Counted from the first letter of the stretch, positions 8,523-15,985 are shown. The stretch: DNA of 64,000 bases from an uncultured Chitinophagaceae bacterium (GCA_964606315.1 CAZSFY010000021.1:1194-65193); one strand, 5' to 3'. Notes: generated by a model from the sequence alone, not told the origin. Program-made: numbers and translations.

Positions 8523-11354
8523 TCATTTCATTTTATCTGCAACGCATCGGAATCCCACTGTGGCATTCCTTTCAAATCCATTGCTCACTCTTAATAAAAA
8601 CTGGCGATAGTGCAGTTCACGCGGACCGCTTTGCACATACCACCAACTGGATGAAGGTCTGAAATACGAGCCTCCTTTCATGATAATGTACCGGTGACTT
8701 GCTGTTTCGTACACATCGTTTGTCAGTTGCCATACACATCCAACCAGATCGTATAGTCCGAATTTGCTAACTCCTTTCGGATAAGCGCCGACGGGATATA
8801 ATTTACCGTTGCCTGGGTTGCACTTCGAAGAATCGATACCCTGAAGGCTGGTAACGGTGAGCGTTTCATTAACAACTTCCTCTTTCCTGGTAACAGGCCT
8901 GCTTTGTATCCAGGGCCATCCTCTCAATTCAGTTGTTTGCGCAGCATATTGCCACTCCACTTCGGTAGGCAGCCTTTTACCCGCCCATGCAGCGTAAGCC
9001 TGTGCATCTTCATAGCTAATATAAACAACAGGATAATTCTCTTCACCCTTCAAGATTTCGCCATTTTTCCAGTGCTTTAAAAAATTTACCGTATCTGCAG
9101 GATGATAATTTGCCGCCTTGATAAATGTTTTGAACTGTTGATTGGTTACAGGAAATTTATCCATGAAAAAGGAAGTCATCTCAAAAAGACTGTCTTCATC
9201 CATCGCCGGGTAACCGATAAATTCATCTCCGTGCGTGGTTGTAAAACGGAATTTTCCAGCCGGAATATTGACCATTCCTTTGGGTGCGCGGTCTAATCGT
9301 TTTGAAGGAATGGAAGAAGAAATGCGTACAGGCGTGCCAGGCTTTATGGTGATTATCTTCTCGTCTGATAATATTCCATCGTTCATCAACTGTATAACAA
9401 TATCACCTTCCAGCCTGCCAAACAATTTTCCAATGGAAATGGTTTGTTTTTGTTTCCGCCCGTTCAGTTTAACCGGCTGTTTTGTATAATCCGGTGCGCC
9501 GGCCCACAATAAAATATCGCCTTTAGCATCGTTATTGATTTCGATCGTTAATTCATCACCATACCTGGATGCACTGATCAATTCAGGCAGTTTTGCAATG
9601 CAGGAAACAGAGCCTTCATTATCCGAACCCAGATCACTGATATTAAACGCATCGACGTCTGCAGGTATCCAAAGCTCTCCATTATTGATTAGCGGGCTTA
9701 CAGGACGATGGCGCCACAAATCGATCCAATGAAAACCCGGCGTCAATTCAGCAGTGAACAATGGCCCTGCATGTCCCTGCGGTTTTACATTAAAAACAGT
9801 ATAAATCGTTTTCTGCTCCTGTTGCCATTCGTTCACCCAGATGCTATCGCCGGCGACTGGTATCAACGGCGTATATTTTCCCGCAGTAAAACTGGTAGTG
9901 TTTTCTCTGAGAATTCTACTCGTTCTGCCTAAATAACGATATTGTTCAGCAATATCATAAGGAATGCCTGGCCCCATGATATTAATTTCCGTTCCGTATC
10001 CATTAAAAAATGAGGTGGCAAGATCACGCGTTATTTTTCCTTTGTTAATTTCAGAAACCCTGAAGATGGCGAACTCGGGTTTGATGAATTTATTTAAATT
10101 AAGCAGGGGAGGATGTGTCAGTGCATTATGCACGCGGCCTGATACAATATCTTCCATATTTTTTGGTACTGCCATTCCTTCACTGTACATAACGACCCCG
10201 GTTCTTACTTTATCTGCCGCGTGTTGCAATTCTTTACTCGATTCACCTTTTGTATCGAGTATAACGCCATCAGCAGAAGTTTCGGAGATCAATTCAGATA
10301 ATCCTTCCAGGTGATCAGCTTTACGGGTGCTTTCATCCCAGGGATTGTAACAAATAAAAAATTTTGCACCATTGCTTCGGCTTAACTCAGCCATATTTTT
10401 CATAGCGGCAGTGCCTCCCGGCAAGTCGCGGTACATATCAAACTGGTTGCGCTGGTCTAAACCCAATGTAGGCCAGGTAGGCCAGATGGCTATTACATCA
10501 TCGCCACCATATAATGGCTTGGATTTTTTGATAAAATCATCAAGCGTGTATTTTCCTTTTGTATAATCATAATATTGTTTGTCCCATGCATCCATTAAAT
10601 GGATAACATAAGAACGCCTGATCCATTGGAGGTCTTTTCTTTCAAACATTTCGTTATTGAAATGATCGATATCATACAACATCCTTTTCTGAAAAATAGT
10701 GGTCAGCGCCTGCTGCCATTCGCCGGAATAGCCTGTGATATACAGATGATACCTGACAGATCCGCCGGGGTATAAAATCGTTTCGAAACGCTGCCGCCTG
10801 CCTTGCTGTAAAGAGTGTGGATCCCTTCTTGTCAGCGCCGCTATTTTTTTGCCACCCGGGATAGTTATCGCATTAAATCCAAGCTCCCAGGCATTATCGG
10901 GAACTATTACATTCACAGGTATTTTACCGGGAAGATGCAAATGCGTGCGGGAAAGCGGATGATCACCGACACCGGTAATAAAAGCTTCGCTGTCTTGCCT
11001 GGTAAATGGAATTACGTTATGCAGCGTTAATGTGTCGTGTGAAATATTCCTGAACCGGATAATAAAATGTAGATCTTCCTGAATTAATCCGCTATCGCTG
11101 ATCTCAATGGTAATTTGTTCAGCTTTGCCCGCCGCGTCATGCCATTCATTTTTTAATTGAAAAGAAAATAGCGGCAGGCTTTTCGCCACTACTATTTCTT
11201 TGTTGTTGAATAAAGCCTTAACTATTATCGCATTGTTCAGCCTGATTGCCGTCAGCTTTTCCTGTGTAAAGACAGGATGCAAACTGAAGAAGCAGCATAA
11301 AAAAAATCCAACTGATCGAAGTATAACCTGTTTGTTGATCATGATTTGAAACAA
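8523..11354 (-). CDS. Secreted 943-aa protein: uncharacterised N-terminal region of about 690 aa fused to a C-terminal FGE-sulfatase (SUMF1/EgtB/PvdO-type) domain
   Basis: Signal peptide present. The last ~254 aa (nt 8526-9287) carry FGE-sulfatase hallmarks (PVTNQQF, YEDAQAYAAWAGKRLPTEVEWQYAA, GLYDLVGCVWQLT, GGSY, GFRCVAD). I could not place the N-terminal part in a named family. Confidence 0.75.
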   Translation of the reverse strand: MFQIMINKQVILRSVGFFLCCFFSLHPVFTQEKLTAIRLNNAIIVKALFNNKEIVVAKSLPLFSFQLKNEWHDAAGKAEQITIEISDSGLIQEDLHFIIRFRNISHDTLTLHNVIPFTRQDSEAFITGVGDHPLSRTHLHLPGKIPVNVIVPDNAWELGFNAITIPGGKKIAALTRRDPHSLQQGRRQRFETILYPGGSVRYHLYITGYSGEWQQALTTIFQKRMLYDIDHFNNEMFERKDLQWIRRSYVIHLMDAWDKQYYDYTKGKYTLDDFIKKSKPLYGGDDVIAIWPTWPTLGLDQRNQFDMYRDLPGGTAAMKNMAELSRSNGAKFFICYNPWDESTRKADHLEGLSELISETSADGVILDTKGESSKELQHAADKVRTGVVMYSEGMAVPKNMEDIVSGRVHNALTHPPLLNLNKFIKPEFAIFRVSEINKGKITRDLATSFFNGYGTEINIMGPGIPYDIAEQYRYLGRTSRILRENTTSFTAGKYTPLIPVAGDSIWVNEWQQEQKTIYTVFNVKPQGHAGPLFTAELTPGFHWIDLWRHRPVSPLINNGELWIPADVDAFNISDLGSDNEGSVSCIAKLPELISASRYGDELTIEINNDAKGDILLWAGAPDYTKQPVKLNGRKQKQTISIGKLFGRLEGDIVIQLMNDGILSDEKIITIKPGTPVRISSSIPSKRLDRAPKGMVNIPAGKFRFTTTHGDEFIGYPAMDEDSLFEMTSFFMDKFPVTNQQFKTFIKAANYHPADTVNFLKHWKNGEILKGEENYPVVYISYEDAQAYAAWAGKRLPTEVEWQYAAQTTELRGWPWIQSRPVTRKEEVVNETLTVTSLQGIDSSKCNPGNGKLYPVGAYPKGVSKFGLYDLVGCVWQLTNDVYETASHRYIIMKGGSYFRPSSSWWYVQSGPRELHYRQFLLRVSNGFERNATVGFRCVADKMK

Positions 11355-11537
11355 TTAACAGTTTGTTTTTTCACCCAGCGAACCATTTCAAGCACTATTG
11401 CCATCATGCTGCTGTTGCCTTTGGACTTATACTGTACCTTTCGGTGCGACAAAGCTCAACTTCTTCGCTTTTTCCATATCCACTTTCAGATTTACAAAAA
11501 TGGAAATTGAAAAAACGCAGGACATTTCCTTGCATTT

Positions 11538-12968
11538 CTATTCAAAGAGGGCATCCATAGTAACAGTATTCTGTACCAGCCTGGAAGCATATTCATTTTC
11601 GGTTACTCCAAAAGTAGTAACCATGGTGAGAAAAATCGATTTTTTTGTTTTTGTTTGCTGGCTGAAAATATTCATTTTGTTTATGAGCTCGGCAGCATAT
11701 TTCTTGTCAATAGTAAAAATCGACTTAGAATATTTCATTTCACAAAGATGGATAACAAAATCCCTTCGATCTATTAAGAGGTCTATTTGCGCCCCTTTTT
11801 CCTTCCCGGATGTTGAGCGCCAGGCTGCCTCTTCTGTATAGATCACTGAAATGCCCAATGCCTTCCGTAATTGTATGATATGCTTTAAGCAAGCTCTCTC
11901 AAAAGCCACCCCACTCCAGCTCTTCCAGGATTGATTACTTGCCAGTTTAAGCCAGGTACCTTCGCCACGTGCGCGGCTGTTTTCCACAAACTTGATATAA
12001 AAATGAGAATACTCATCCGCCAGTTTATAGATAGTTTCCTTTGATTTCTTATCATAAGGTAGCCAGGCCTTTATAAAACCTGATTCTATCAGTTCATCCA
12101 ACAGCTCAGTTATTCTTCCGCCGGAAGAAAGCCTGGCAGCATCAATGATCTCATTGCGCGTTAATCCACAATTATTTTTTGCAAGTATCCTGATTACTGT
12201 CAGATGCCTGGTTGCATCATCAAATAAAGATTGGTAGAGCACTTTAAATTCATTCTGTAATATGCTTTCATCACTAAAAAACAGCCGGTCAATTACCTGA
12301 TCAGCGCTTTCTCCCTTTCGGACCTCCTTCAGATAATGAGGTACTCCTCCAATGGCCATATACAATTGCAAGATCTGATACCGATCCAGTTTAAACTGCT
12401 TTTCTTTTAAGTATGTTTCTGTTTCCTGCAATGTAAAAGGAAGCAAGCGTAGTTTTCGCGTAATCCGGTTGTGTAAGCCGGCTTTATTATTTACAATATT
12501 GCGAATCATCCATGCAGCGGCTGAACCACAAATAATTACCACCAAGTTAGGTTGTTTTGTTCCCCAACTGTTCCACCAATAATCGAAAGCAGATAAAAAG
12601 CCGGACTTATGCGTATTGATCCAGGGAAATTCATCAAAAAAGATGACTATTTTTTCCTTGTGTAATTTGGGAGTTATATAAGTGTTTAGTAAGTCAAATG
12701 CATCAGACCAGTTCTCGGGAACGCGGAACAATGTTTTATTACCCGCCACTTCTCCCAGCGCTTTGCTAAAGTTGGTCAACTGTTTTTTCAATGTAGCATC
12801 CTTTGCACCTATAAATTCAAAAATGATTTTTTCCTGCAATACCTGCCTTATCAGAAATGTTTTTCCTACCCTTCTACGGCCATAAACAGCTATTAGCTCG
12901 GACTCCTTTGATTTCAGTGCCTCCTGGAGAAGCTTTTTTTCTACTAGCCTGCCAATAATCTTTTCCAT
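11538..12968 (-). CDS. Stand-alone AAA+ ATPase (archaeal-ATPase/DUF234-like architecture) with a central wHTH-like segment and a C-terminal PD-(D/E)xK-like motif
   Basis: 476 aa. Walker A is GRRRVGKT and Walker B-like is IVIFFDEFPW. The C-terminal part has AFE...QIDLLID...CEMKY, a D...ExK restriction-endonuclease-like pattern. ATG start at 12966-12968. Confidence 0.75.
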   Translation of the reverse strand: MEKIIGRLVEKKLLQEALKSKESELIAVYGRRRVGKTFLIRQVLQEKIIFEFIGAKDATLKKQLTNFSKALGEVAGNKTLFRVPENWSDAFDLLNTYITPKLHKEKIVIFFDEFPWINTHKSGFLSAFDYWWNSWGTKQPNLVVIICGSAAAWMIRNIVNNKAGLHNRITRKLRLLPFTLQETETYLKEKQFKLDRYQILQLYMAIGGVPHYLKEVRKGESADQVIDRLFFSDESILQNEFKVLYQSLFDDATRHLTVIRILAKNNCGLTRNEIIDAARLSSGGRITELLDELIESGFIKAWLPYDKKSKETIYKLADEYSHFYIKFVENSRARGEGTWLKLASNQSWKSWSGVAFERACLKHIIQLRKALGISVIYTEEAAWRSTSGKEKGAQIDLLIDRRDFVIHLCEMKYSKSIFTIDKKYAAELINKMNIFSQQTKTKKSIFLTMVTTFGVTENEYASRLVQNTVTMDALFE

Positions 12969-12984
12969 CTATATAATTTTATAA

Positions 12985-13075
12985 CGGCCAAATCTGTAAA
13001 AAGAGAAGCGATTTGGCCGCCGTTAATTATTTTATTAGCGGCCAAATGTATGAAAAATAAGTCGATTTGGCCGCC
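12985..13075. repeat. Two tandem copies of a palindromic unit (9-10 bp arms GGCCAAAT/ATTTGGCC, 17-nt spacer)
   Basis: Unit 1 has arms at 12985-12993 and 13011-13019. Unit 2 has arms at 13038-13047 and 13065-13074. The spacers are also related (ctGTAaAAAgagAAGcg vs GTAtgAAAAatAAGtcg). The array starts 17 nt upstream of the ATPase start codon. Confidence 0.85.
13043..13050 (-). promoter_or_regulatory. Candidate -7 promoter box (TACATTTG) for the AAA+ ATPase gene
   Basis: Exact TAnnTTTG match on the minus strand, inside the left arm of palindrome unit 2 and 74 nt upstream of the ATG. There is no well-spaced -33 TTG; the nearest lies 24 nt away. Confidence 0.3.
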
Positions 13076-13285
13076 AATAAACAATAAATAGAGGACGACC
13101 CTTACTCACCGTTGATAGTGTGGACCTCACGAAAGCATATACACCAATTTTAAAGCAAAAAAGTAAGTATGTAAGATTTGAAGAATCCCCAAAAATAGGC
13201 TCTGAATGTCCCCAAAATGGGTAGATTTAATGTTAAGATTATGAGAAATATGCGCACATATGGGGAAAGGAAATCTACAGCCAGT

Positions 13286-13293
13286 TAACTTTG
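13286..13293 (+). promoter_or_regulatory. Candidate orphan -7 promoter box (TAACTTTG)
   Basis: Exact TAnnTTTG match on the plus strand with no plus-strand CDS downstream. It is followed by a 10-bp stem hairpin (13298-13341) and an intrinsic terminator at 13411-13437. No clear -33 TTG. Confidence 0.25.
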
Positions 13294-13297
13294 CAGT

Positions 13298-13437
13298 ATT
13301 AACGCAAGCGCACATACTAATGGCATTTGATTTGCGTTAATTAAAGTAGATATAAAAAAAAGACTTCATAAAGCAGTCAATTTTCTCATAAGCAGTTAGT
13401 TTTGGTTACGGCCCCTGTTTCTACAGGGGCTATTTTT
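13298..13437 (+). ncRNA. Candidate small non-coding RNA of about 140 nt (5' hairpin, A-rich linker, intrinsic terminator)
   Basis: 5' stem 13298-13307/13332-13341. The terminator hairpin GCCCCTG-tttcta-CAGGGGC is followed by TATTTTTAT. No ORF longer than 23 codons feeds it. The call rests on structure alone. Confidence 0.25.
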
Positions 13438-13491
13438 ATATATACTGCTGAAGGGTCAATTTCTTCACCGCTTTATGAAGCCATCTTTTTT
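13354..13491. repeat. Nested (three concentric) inverted-repeat element flanked by an A8 run and a T6 run
   Basis: P1 is CTTCATAAAGC 13364-13374 / GCTTTATGAAG 13470-13480. P2 is AGCAGT 13391-13396 / ACTGCT 13444-13449. P3 is GCCCCTG 13411-13417 / CAGGGGC 13424-13430. An A-run lies at 13354-13361 and a T-run at 13486-13491. Confidence 0.8.
13411..13437 (+). terminator. Rho-independent terminator with no upstream plus-strand CDS
   Basis: 7-bp GC-rich stem and 6-nt loop followed by TATTTTTAT. On the minus strand the same hairpin has no U-tract. Confidence 0.6.
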
Positions 13492-13659
13492 GAAGACCAC
13501 ATCATTTTCCGAAATGCTGCTTAATATTTATAATAATTTTAAAAGTTTTTTCTCCTTTATTGTTTATGTGAGTTAATGCCGCACCCTTAACAAGGTAGAT
13601 AAGGTCGTGCCAAACTTCACTAAATCATTGAACAGCAATAAATTGAGAAATACCCACCG

Positions 13660-14052
13660 TCAACTCTCCACTGTCAACCGTCTGGACATCCACGCTCCCG
13701 CAAGAGCGCCGACTATATCAGCTATAATATCATATCCATCAAAAGACCGGCGGGGAACAAAATACATCTGAACAAACTCCATTACTATTCCAAAAAGTAT
13801 AGTTAAAAGAGTTATTTTCAATAAGATAGCATTATTAACCGGACCGGGATTCCCGGAGTGGCTATAGCCATACCAAACAATCACGTTCACACCAAAAAGG
13901 ATGATATGCGCCACCTTATCCAATTGGGGAATACCAAAAAAACCATCGCCAGGCACATACGAGCCAGGCAAACAAAGTAATACAATGATCAGTAACGTCC
14001 AGCCATAAGAGACTGCCCTGTTCTGCAAAAGCTTTTTAAGCAATACTATCAT
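13660..14052 (-). CDS. VanZ family membrane protein
   Basis: 130 aa with four hydrophobic segments. VanZ-like motifs are present (DKVAHIILFG, EFVQMYFVPRRSFDGYDIIADIVGA). The last codons (RRLTVES) are encoded by heptad-repeat DNA. Confidence 0.8.
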   Translation of the reverse strand: MIVLLKKLLQNRAVSYGWTLLIIVLLCLPGSYVPGDGFFGIPQLDKVAHIILFGVNVIVWYGYSHSGNPGPVNNAILLKITLLTILFGIVMEFVQMYFVPRRSFDGYDIIADIVGALAGAWMSRRLTVES

Positions 14053-14081
14053 TTCGGTCGGAAGATAGAAAAAATTTGACG

Positions 14082-14984
14082 TTACTTAAACTTCGCTGCC
14101 GCCCAAACCTTTTCCAAAGAAGGATTTTTGGGAGTTTCCGTGTTTTCTATAGTCAATAGAAATTCATCGGGGTGCGCTGCACTTTGCATTTTTACCACAC
14201 CGCCTGCTTCAGGTATATCGACTTTACCTATATCGGCGTATCCGTCACTCACCTTCGCCCACAAATGGTAGTGGGCATCTTTACCGGCTTTGGGCAAAAA
14301 ATCAATCATTACAAATACTTCTTTTGTAATGGCATTCCAGTAAACAGTCGCTGCAACACGGCCTGTATCGGTATCCGTAGCTGCTGTTATAAGTTTTACA
14401 GGTATCACCTGCTCATCTCTCTGAAGATCTGCGAGCTTTTCATAGGACAATATTTCTGATTGCAAAACTTCGTTATCGGCAACAATTTGCTGCTGCCGCA
14501 AAAGGGCAGACTGGGATTGCTCCTCTGCTCGCGCAAGCCTGTTAAAAAACAAAAAATTCAATCCCACACTGACCAGTAATAAGACAACTGATACAGTTGC
14601 CAATATCTGCGGAGCTCTTGAAGAAATATTCTTCCGGGTTGTAAAAAGCTGGTGATCTATTGCACGGGTTTTTTCTACTGACAACATTTCTACTGCATTG
14701 TTCGCATAGGTGTTGATCTCTTTTTCAATCTTACTAATCTGTCCAACACTTTCAATATCTATACCCGCCATTACCTGGCTCTTGATAACTGGTGGAGGAT
14801 CTTCTCTTTTTCTTAAGGCAAATTGCTTTAGTTGTTCTTCAAAATTCTCTTTAGCGGCGCTTACCTCTTCATATTGCATACATATTTTCTCAAACGCGAT
14901 ACGCTCCTCAGCCGTAGCCACACCTAAAACATAGTACTGCACTATCCCACTTGATATATATTCATCTATGTTTAAATCAGTCAT
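14082..14984 (-). CDS. Anti-sigma factor, RskA (anti-sigma-K) type
   Basis: 300 aa with an N-terminal anti-sigma helix region and a central TM segment (ILATVSVVLLLVSVGLNFLFF). The C-terminal RskA-like domain includes YHLWAK. It lies directly downstream of an ECF sigma gene. Confidence 0.8.
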   Translation of the reverse strand: MTDLNIDEYISSGIVQYYVLGVATAEERIAFEKICMQYEEVSAAKENFEEQLKQFALRKREDPPPVIKSQVMAGIDIESVGQISKIEKEINTYANNAVEMLSVEKTRAIDHQLFTTRKNISSRAPQILATVSVVLLLVSVGLNFLFFNRLARAEEQSQSALLRQQQIVADNEVLQSEILSYEKLADLQRDEQVIPVKLITAATDTDTGRVAATVYWNAITKEVFVMIDFLPKAGKDAHYHLWAKVSDGYADIGKVDIPEAGGVVKMQSAAHPDEFLLTIENTETPKNPSLEKVWAAAKFK

Positions 14985-15016
14985 GTATGTATTTGAATGA
15001 AGAAGAGTAAAAGAAA

Positions 15017-15520
15017 TTATCTAAGATAAGCACTGAAATGAAGAAGCGCCTGAAATAATTCTTCTTTTACTTTATCAACCGGTATATCCTCTATTGCTGA
15101 TATTTCGTCAATTGAATATCCCTGAAAATAAGCAAGATCAATGAGCGTTCTATGTTCTTTTTTCAGCCGGCCTGCAACACCTTTAAATCTTTTCAACGGT
15201 AGTGCTTTTTCCTCCTGAGAAGCGTTCTCTACTTCGGGAAAATCTTTCAGTTTTTCTATGGCATAATATCGGGCAGTATTCAGCAACCAGGTAAAGAAAT
15301 GGTATTGCGAAGGTTCGTATGTATGAATATTCTTCCAGCTTTCTATAAATACCTGTTGCAGTACATCGCCTGCCATTTGTTCTTCATGAATGATCTCACG
15401 AATAAAAGAATATAACGAGGGAGCATAACTATCATAGAGATAATTAAAAGCTACACGATCCTTTTCTCTGAGTAAAGCAACAAGGTCTGCTTCTGAAATA
15501 CTATGCAAAGTGCCTACCAT
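15017..15520 (-). CDS. ECF sigma-70 family sigma factor (SigK-like)
   Basis: 167 aa with region 2 (FNYLYDSYAPSLYSF...) and region 4 (HRTLIDLAYFQGYSIDEISAIEDIPVDKVKEEL). ATG at 15518-15520. Confidence 0.85.
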   Translation of the reverse strand: MVGTLHSISEADLVALLREKDRVAFNYLYDSYAPSLYSFIREIIHEEQMAGDVLQQVFIESWKNIHTYEPSQYHFFTWLLNTARYYAIEKLKDFPEVENASQEEKALPLKRFKGVAGRLKKEHRTLIDLAYFQGYSIDEISAIEDIPVDKVKEELFQALLHFSAYLR

Positions 15521-15580
15521 ATTGTTGATTCCACAGTTTTACAAGTGAGAATAGCGGAAAGTGAACGGTCTTATGATAAA

Positions 15581-15961
15581 CTAGGAGCCTGCAATAGCCA
15601 TATATGCTTCAGCATCCATCAATGCTTCCACATCAGCTACATTATTCACTTTTACTTTAACCATCCATCCTTCGCCATAAGGATCTGTATTAACAAGTTC
15701 GGGACTTGATGCCAGGGCCGGGTTCAATTCAAGAATAGTTCCGGCAACAGGGAGAAACAGGTCTGATACAGTTTTAACAGCTTCAACGGTTCCGAAAACA
15801 GATTCAACTTCTAACGATTTCCCTACTGTTTCTATCTCTACATATACTATATCGCCCAGTTCTTTTTGTGCAAAATCAGTAATACCAATAGTGGCGGTAT
15901 CACCATCCAGTTTAATCCATTCGTGGTCTTTTGTGTAGCGGAGGTTGCCGGGAAAATTCAT
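15581..15961 (-). CDS. gcvH: Glycine cleavage system H protein
   Basis: 126 aa with a lipoyl-lysine motif ([11 protein letters not shown]) and the typical N-terminus (YTKDHEWIK). Confidence 0.95.
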   Translation of the reverse strand: MNFPGNLRYTKDHEWIKLDGDTATIGITDFAQKELGDIVYVEIETVGKSLEVESVFGTVEAVKTVSDLFLPVAGTILELNPALASSPELVNTDPYGEGWMVKVKVNNVADVEALMDAEAYMAIAGS

Positions 15962-15985
15962 GTGATTATAATTTGTGGTGCAAGA

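Noticed and set aside
8369-8662. 97-aa plus-strand ORF in and beyond the gap between the sigma factor gene and the 943-aa gene.
   Set aside because: It overlaps the 3' end of the 943-aa gene in antisense and has no recognisable features.
11398-11841. 147-aa plus-strand ORF spanning the ATPase 3' end and the downstream spacer. I considered it as a possible partner gene for the ATPase.
   Set aside because: It mostly overlaps the ATPase coding region in antisense. The translation is hydrophobic and Cys/Phe-rich with no motif, and there is no -7 box upstream. It could only be revived by expression data.
12985-13075. Possibility that the repeated palindromes are a mini CRISPR array.
   Set aside because: There are only two units. 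The repeats are inverted-repeat pairs with related rather than unique spacers. No cas genes are in the window.
13127-13315. 62-aa minus-strand ORF, and a 23-codon plus-strand ORF (13217-13288), within the non-coding island.
   Set aside because: There are no motifs. Both overlap direct and inverted repeats. The codon composition looks unlike that of neighbouring genes. Neither is positioned sensibly relative to the promoter box or terminator.
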